Assembly: GCA_964221315.1 (NCBI GenBank)
Contig: CAXPYI010000003.1
Location: 226,266-290,265 of the forward strand
Source of the DNA: Leeuwenhoekiella palythoae
GTDB taxonomy: Bacteria > Bacteroidota > Bacteroidia > Flavobacteriales > Flavobacteriaceae
Direction of reading: 5' to 3'
DNA: 64,000 nt
The notes beneath the pieces were generated by a model. That model had not been told where the DNA came from and did no database searches. It was given only the letters and a program-made list of their open reading frames with translations. Positions within the stretch are counted from its first letter, which is position 1, and the number at the start of each line of letters is the position of its first letter. The position numbers were made by a program, and so were the translations under genes. This document shows positions 60,790 to 64,000 of the stretch, piece after piece.

Positions 60790-61716
60790 ATGAAGACAAT
60801 ACAAATACTATCAATTTTTTTAATAATTCTAACATCGATTTCATGCAAAGAAAACAAGCCTGAAACCTCAGATACTATTTCTATTTCAGAAACAAAAGAG
60901 AAAACGCTCTCACCTAAAACAGAACTTTCTAAAGAATTTAAGGACTACTGGTATAATGGCGAAGCCGAAATCACATCCTACAAACTCGAACAAGCACGTT
61001 ATGGAGAGTTAAGAGAAGGAACTGCTGTTTTAGTCTATGTTACTGAAGATTTTCTGCCAGAACAACAAGTGAAAGCAGATAATTATAATGAATCCAACAT
61101 TCCCATTTTAAAATTAAATGGCACTAAAAACTTTAATACTGGCATTTATCCATACTCCATAATGCAGAGCACGTTTTATCCTGTGGCAAACAATCAACAT
61201 GCGTTAAAGATTACGGCTTCGGTACAAGAATGGTGCGGCCATGTCTATTCACAACTCAATAACCGAGATGATTTTGAAATCGTGTCGCATTCCTATTTTC
61301 AAGGTGAAGCTGATCAAAATTTTAACATTGCAAAAACATGGACCGAAAATGAACTTTGGACAAAACTCAGAATTGACCCTGAAAGTCTTCCAACTGGTGA
61401 ATTAAACATAATTCCATCCTTAGAGTATACAAGATTGCGACATAAAACAATAAAAGCCTATAAAGCAATTACCACAATTGAAAATGGCACCTATACCATT
61501 TCCTATCCAGAATTAGACAGAACATTAAAAATCAATTTCAACACTGAATTCCCGTATGATATTTTCAGTTGGGAAGAAACTTCAAAAAGCGGTTTTGGTG
61601 CTTCAGCACAAACGTTAACAACTAAAGCCACTAAGCTTGAATCCATAAAATCTGCCTATTGGAGTAAAAATAACAATGCAGACGAAAGCCTCAGGGAAAA
61701 ATTAAAATTGCAATAG
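60790..61716 (+). CDS. Uncharacterised lipoprotein
   Basis: Lipobox (SISC); WYNGEAEITSY, SVQEWCGH. Confidence 0.8.
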   Translation: MKTIQILSIFLIILTSISCKENKPETSDTISISETKEKTLSPKTELSKEFKDYWYNGEAEITSYKLEQARYGELREGTAVLVYVTEDFLPEQQVKADNYNESNIPILKLNGTKNFNTGIYPYSIMQSTFYPVANNQHALKITASVQEWCGHVYSQLNNRDDFEIVSHSYFQGEADQNFNIAKTWTENELWTKLRIDPESLPTGELNIIPSLEYTRLRHKTIKAYKAITTIENGTYTISYPELDRTLKINFNTEFPYDIFSWEETSKSGFGASAQTLTTKATKLESIKSAYWSKNNNADESLREKLKLQ

Positions 61717-61764
61717 CTTTTTAAGGAATCTAAACTATATTTGTTAAGTACCAACACGCTTTAA

Positions 61765-62298
61765 ATGTCAAATTTTTTCAACACATATCAATACGAAATA
61801 ATCTCAACGCTCGTACTGTTTTTCATACTTCTAATCATTAGAACCATTATAGTTGTTACTGTAAAGAAAATAGGTAGAAGAAGTGGGACAACAGAGGCAA
61901 GAGCAAATCTTATCGGGCGTTATGCCACGGTAACCTTATTGCTCATTGCCCTACTTATCGAAGCCTTTATTCTTGGTTTTCAGACACATGATATCACTCT
62001 AGTGTTTTCCTCTGTTTTTGCGGTAATAGGTATTGCACTTTTTGCGATTTGGTCAATTTTGAGCAATATCACTTCTGGGATTATCATGTTTTTTTCTTTC
62101 CCTTACAAAGTAGGTGATAAAATAAAAATACACGATAAGGATTATCCCGTTGAAGCTATAATAGAGGATATTAGGGCATTTCAATTAATTCTAAGGGAAG
62201 ACAATGGTGACTTGGTAACCTATCCAAATAATCTTATTCTTCAAAAAGCAGTAACTTTAATGGAGAAAGATGCTTTAGATGACAGCAGTATATTATAG
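61765..62298 (+). CDS. MscS family mechanosensitive channel
   Basis: SNITSGII..FPYKVGDKI, VTYPN. Confidence 0.88.
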   Translation: MSNFFNTYQYEIISTLVLFFILLIIRTIIVVTVKKIGRRSGTTEARANLIGRYATVTLLLIALLIEAFILGFQTHDITLVFSSVFAVIGIALFAIWSILSNITSGIIMFFSFPYKVGDKIKIHDKDYPVEAIIEDIRAFQLILREDNGDLVTYPNNLILQKAVTLMEKDALDDSSIL

Positions 62299-62301
62299 TC
62301 C

Positions 62302-63381
62302 ATGTTGAAAAAAAGAATAAAAAAACGTACCCAAGAACACAAAAAACACATTGGCCAGGTCCCAGGAACACTGGTCTATACTGGTAAAAAATCCAATAAA
62401 GACTTCCATGTTGAATGTTTTGATTACACCAAGGAAAGTATTGAGGAAACCATTTTGCTCAACATTGGTGATGCGGTTAATTACAAGGATACTGACTCCG
62501 TAACATGGATTAATGTCGATGGGCTTCAACACATAGACAAAATTGAGGATATTGGTAAGCAGTACGACTTACACCCTCTAGTTTTAGAGGATATTGTAAA
62601 CACAACACAGCGTCCTAAAATTGACGAATACGAAGACTACCTCTTCGTGGTGCTTAAGATGCTCTATTACGATGCCAACGAAGAAATTGTCATAGAGCAG
62701 GTAAGCTTTGTGTTAGGCAAAAACTACGTTTTGACCTTTCAAGAAGCCGAAGGAGACGTTTTTGGTTCAATACGAGAGCGATTACGCTATGCTAATGGTA
62801 GAATTCGAGGGCTCAAATCAGACTATTTATTGTACGCTTTAATTGATGCCGTTGTGGACAATTATTTCAGTATCATAGAAACTTTGGGCAATAAGATTGA
62901 GGATTTAGAAACCGAGTTATTTACAGGCCATGCCCGTGAAGATGTCAATATAGAAGTGCAACAATTAAAGCGTGAAATCCTAAAAGTACGTCGTGCCATT
63001 TTTCCATTACGAGAAATTATCAACCGTATCGAAAAAGGTGAACATCAATTAATTTACAAACGCACAATTACCTACTATAGAGATGTTTACGACCACTTAA
63101 TTCAAGTATCAGAAAATATCGATATTTATCGTGAAATGATCTGGAGTTTAATGGACATGTACATGACCACCATTAGCAATAAGATGAACGAGGTGATGAA
63201 AGTACTCACCATAATGTCTTCCATTTTTATTCCCTTATCATTTTTGGCTGGTCTTTACGGAATGAACTTCGAGTACATCCCAGAGCTCAAATACCGTTAT
63301 GGTTATTTTGTGCTTTTGGGAGTGATGTTTACCATTTTTATTGGGTTGTTATTTTATTTTAAACGTAAGAAGTGGTTGTAG
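62302..63381 (+). CDS. corA: Magnesium/cobalt transporter CorA
   Basis: LHPLVLEDI, QRPKIDEY, YGMNF, PEL. Confidence 0.96.
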   Translation: MLKKRIKKRTQEHKKHIGQVPGTLVYTGKKSNKDFHVECFDYTKESIEETILLNIGDAVNYKDTDSVTWINVDGLQHIDKIEDIGKQYDLHPLVLEDIVNTTQRPKIDEYEDYLFVVLKMLYYDANEEIVIEQVSFVLGKNYVLTFQEAEGDVFGSIRERLRYANGRIRGLKSDYLLYALIDAVVDNYFSIIETLGNKIEDLETELFTGHAREDVNIEVQQLKREILKVRRAIFPLREIINRIEKGEHQLIYKRTITYYRDVYDHLIQVSENIDIYREMIWSLMDMYMTTISNKMNEVMKVLTIMSSIFIPLSFLAGLYGMNFEYIPELKYRYGYFVLLGVMFTIFIGLLFYFKRKKWL

Positions 63382-63408
63382 AGTATTTATTCTTTTTACC
63401 CAAGAGCT

Positions 63409-64000
63409 ATGAAAAGCAAAAACACAGAAGTCTTAAATAAAATTCAAAATTTGATAACTGATGAATTAAAGGAAAAAGGCCTTAGTAAAAGTGGTAGGAC
63501 TTACAACAGTACAATTGAAAAAGGCTTAGTTCATGTAGTTAATTTCCAAAATGGAAAAAGAAGCATGCAAGGAAAATTCACAGTGAACCTAGGTGTTTAT
63601 ATTGAAGAATTGGATGAAGTAAAAAGTAACAATTCAACTAAAAAAGAATATGACTGCGCAATACGAGTTAGATTAAAAGAGTTAATTTCAAATAAAGATG
63701 TATGGTATAATCTTAATGAGGATTTTCATAAAACTTCGCATAGAATCACAAAAGATCTAAAACAAGAAGGCATGGAATGGTTTGAACTTTTTAATTCCAG
63801 AGAAAAAATCATTCAAAATCTACAGAAAAAATCAATAGGCAACTTCAAAAACAGAAACAGGGCTATACTTGATGCTGCTCTCATTCAACTGAATTTTGAT
63901 ACCAATGAAGGTACTAAAATTTTCAAAGACTATTTTAATTCTATCAAAAATAACACACCACATAAAGATTATGTTGCTAGATTAGCAAATGTTAATGGAA
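63409..64000 (+). CDS. DUF4304-like protein (partial, runs off window)
   Basis: Manual translation MKSKNTEVL...GLSKSGRTY...HVVNFQ...KFTVNLGVY; open to the window end. Confidence 0.6.
   Translation, partial: MKSKNTEVLNKIQNLITDELKEKGLSKSGRTYNSTIEKGLVHVVNFQNGKRSMQGKFTVNLGVYIEELDEVKSNNSTKKEYDCAIRVRLKELISNKDVWYNLNEDFHKTSHRITKDLKQEGMEWFELFNSREKIIQNLQKKSIGNFKNRNRAILDAALIQLNFDTNEGTKIFKDYFNSIKNNTPHKDYVARLANVNG

Noticed and set aside
60790-61716. Calling this lipoprotein a Maf protein
   Set aside because: No Maf motifs; the real maf is the upstream gene

Overview
A 64-kb, AT-rich stretch of a Flavobacteriaceae (Bacteroidota) chromosome. The assignment rests on TAnnTTTG -7 promoter boxes, T9SS cargo proteins and gene content; a marine lineage is an inference. 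Core genes (recG, pheT, tpx, ftsK, lolA, lptF/G, ribB, bshB1, ccsA, kdsC-like, maf, corA, tRNA-Ser, tRNA-His) alternate with accessory insertions: a stress trio (Pmp3/SDR/PfpI), an AtoE-like transporter + GNAT + Asp-beta-hydroxylase + vanadium-haloperoxidase-family cluster, a KdnA-like aminotransferase, an IorAB/MocA molybdoenzyme set, and a 1885-aa T9SS adhesin with a small paralog. No integrase, transposase, CRISPR array or rRNA was seen. The most unusual signals are non-coding or sub-genic: (1) an orphan, divergent TPP-like riboswitch with a terminator but no gene, next to a duplicated tRNA-His 3' end; (2) a mini-uORF whose sequence is complementary to the start codon of a MATE pump; (3) a ~58% GC repeat module inside the AT-rich adhesin; (4) a two-hairpin sRNA candidate after recG; (5) an LptF/G permease with a duplicated membrane extension; (6) an unannotated 36-aa membrane protein after ccsA. 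All family calls come from motif recognition by eye; no database searches were run.
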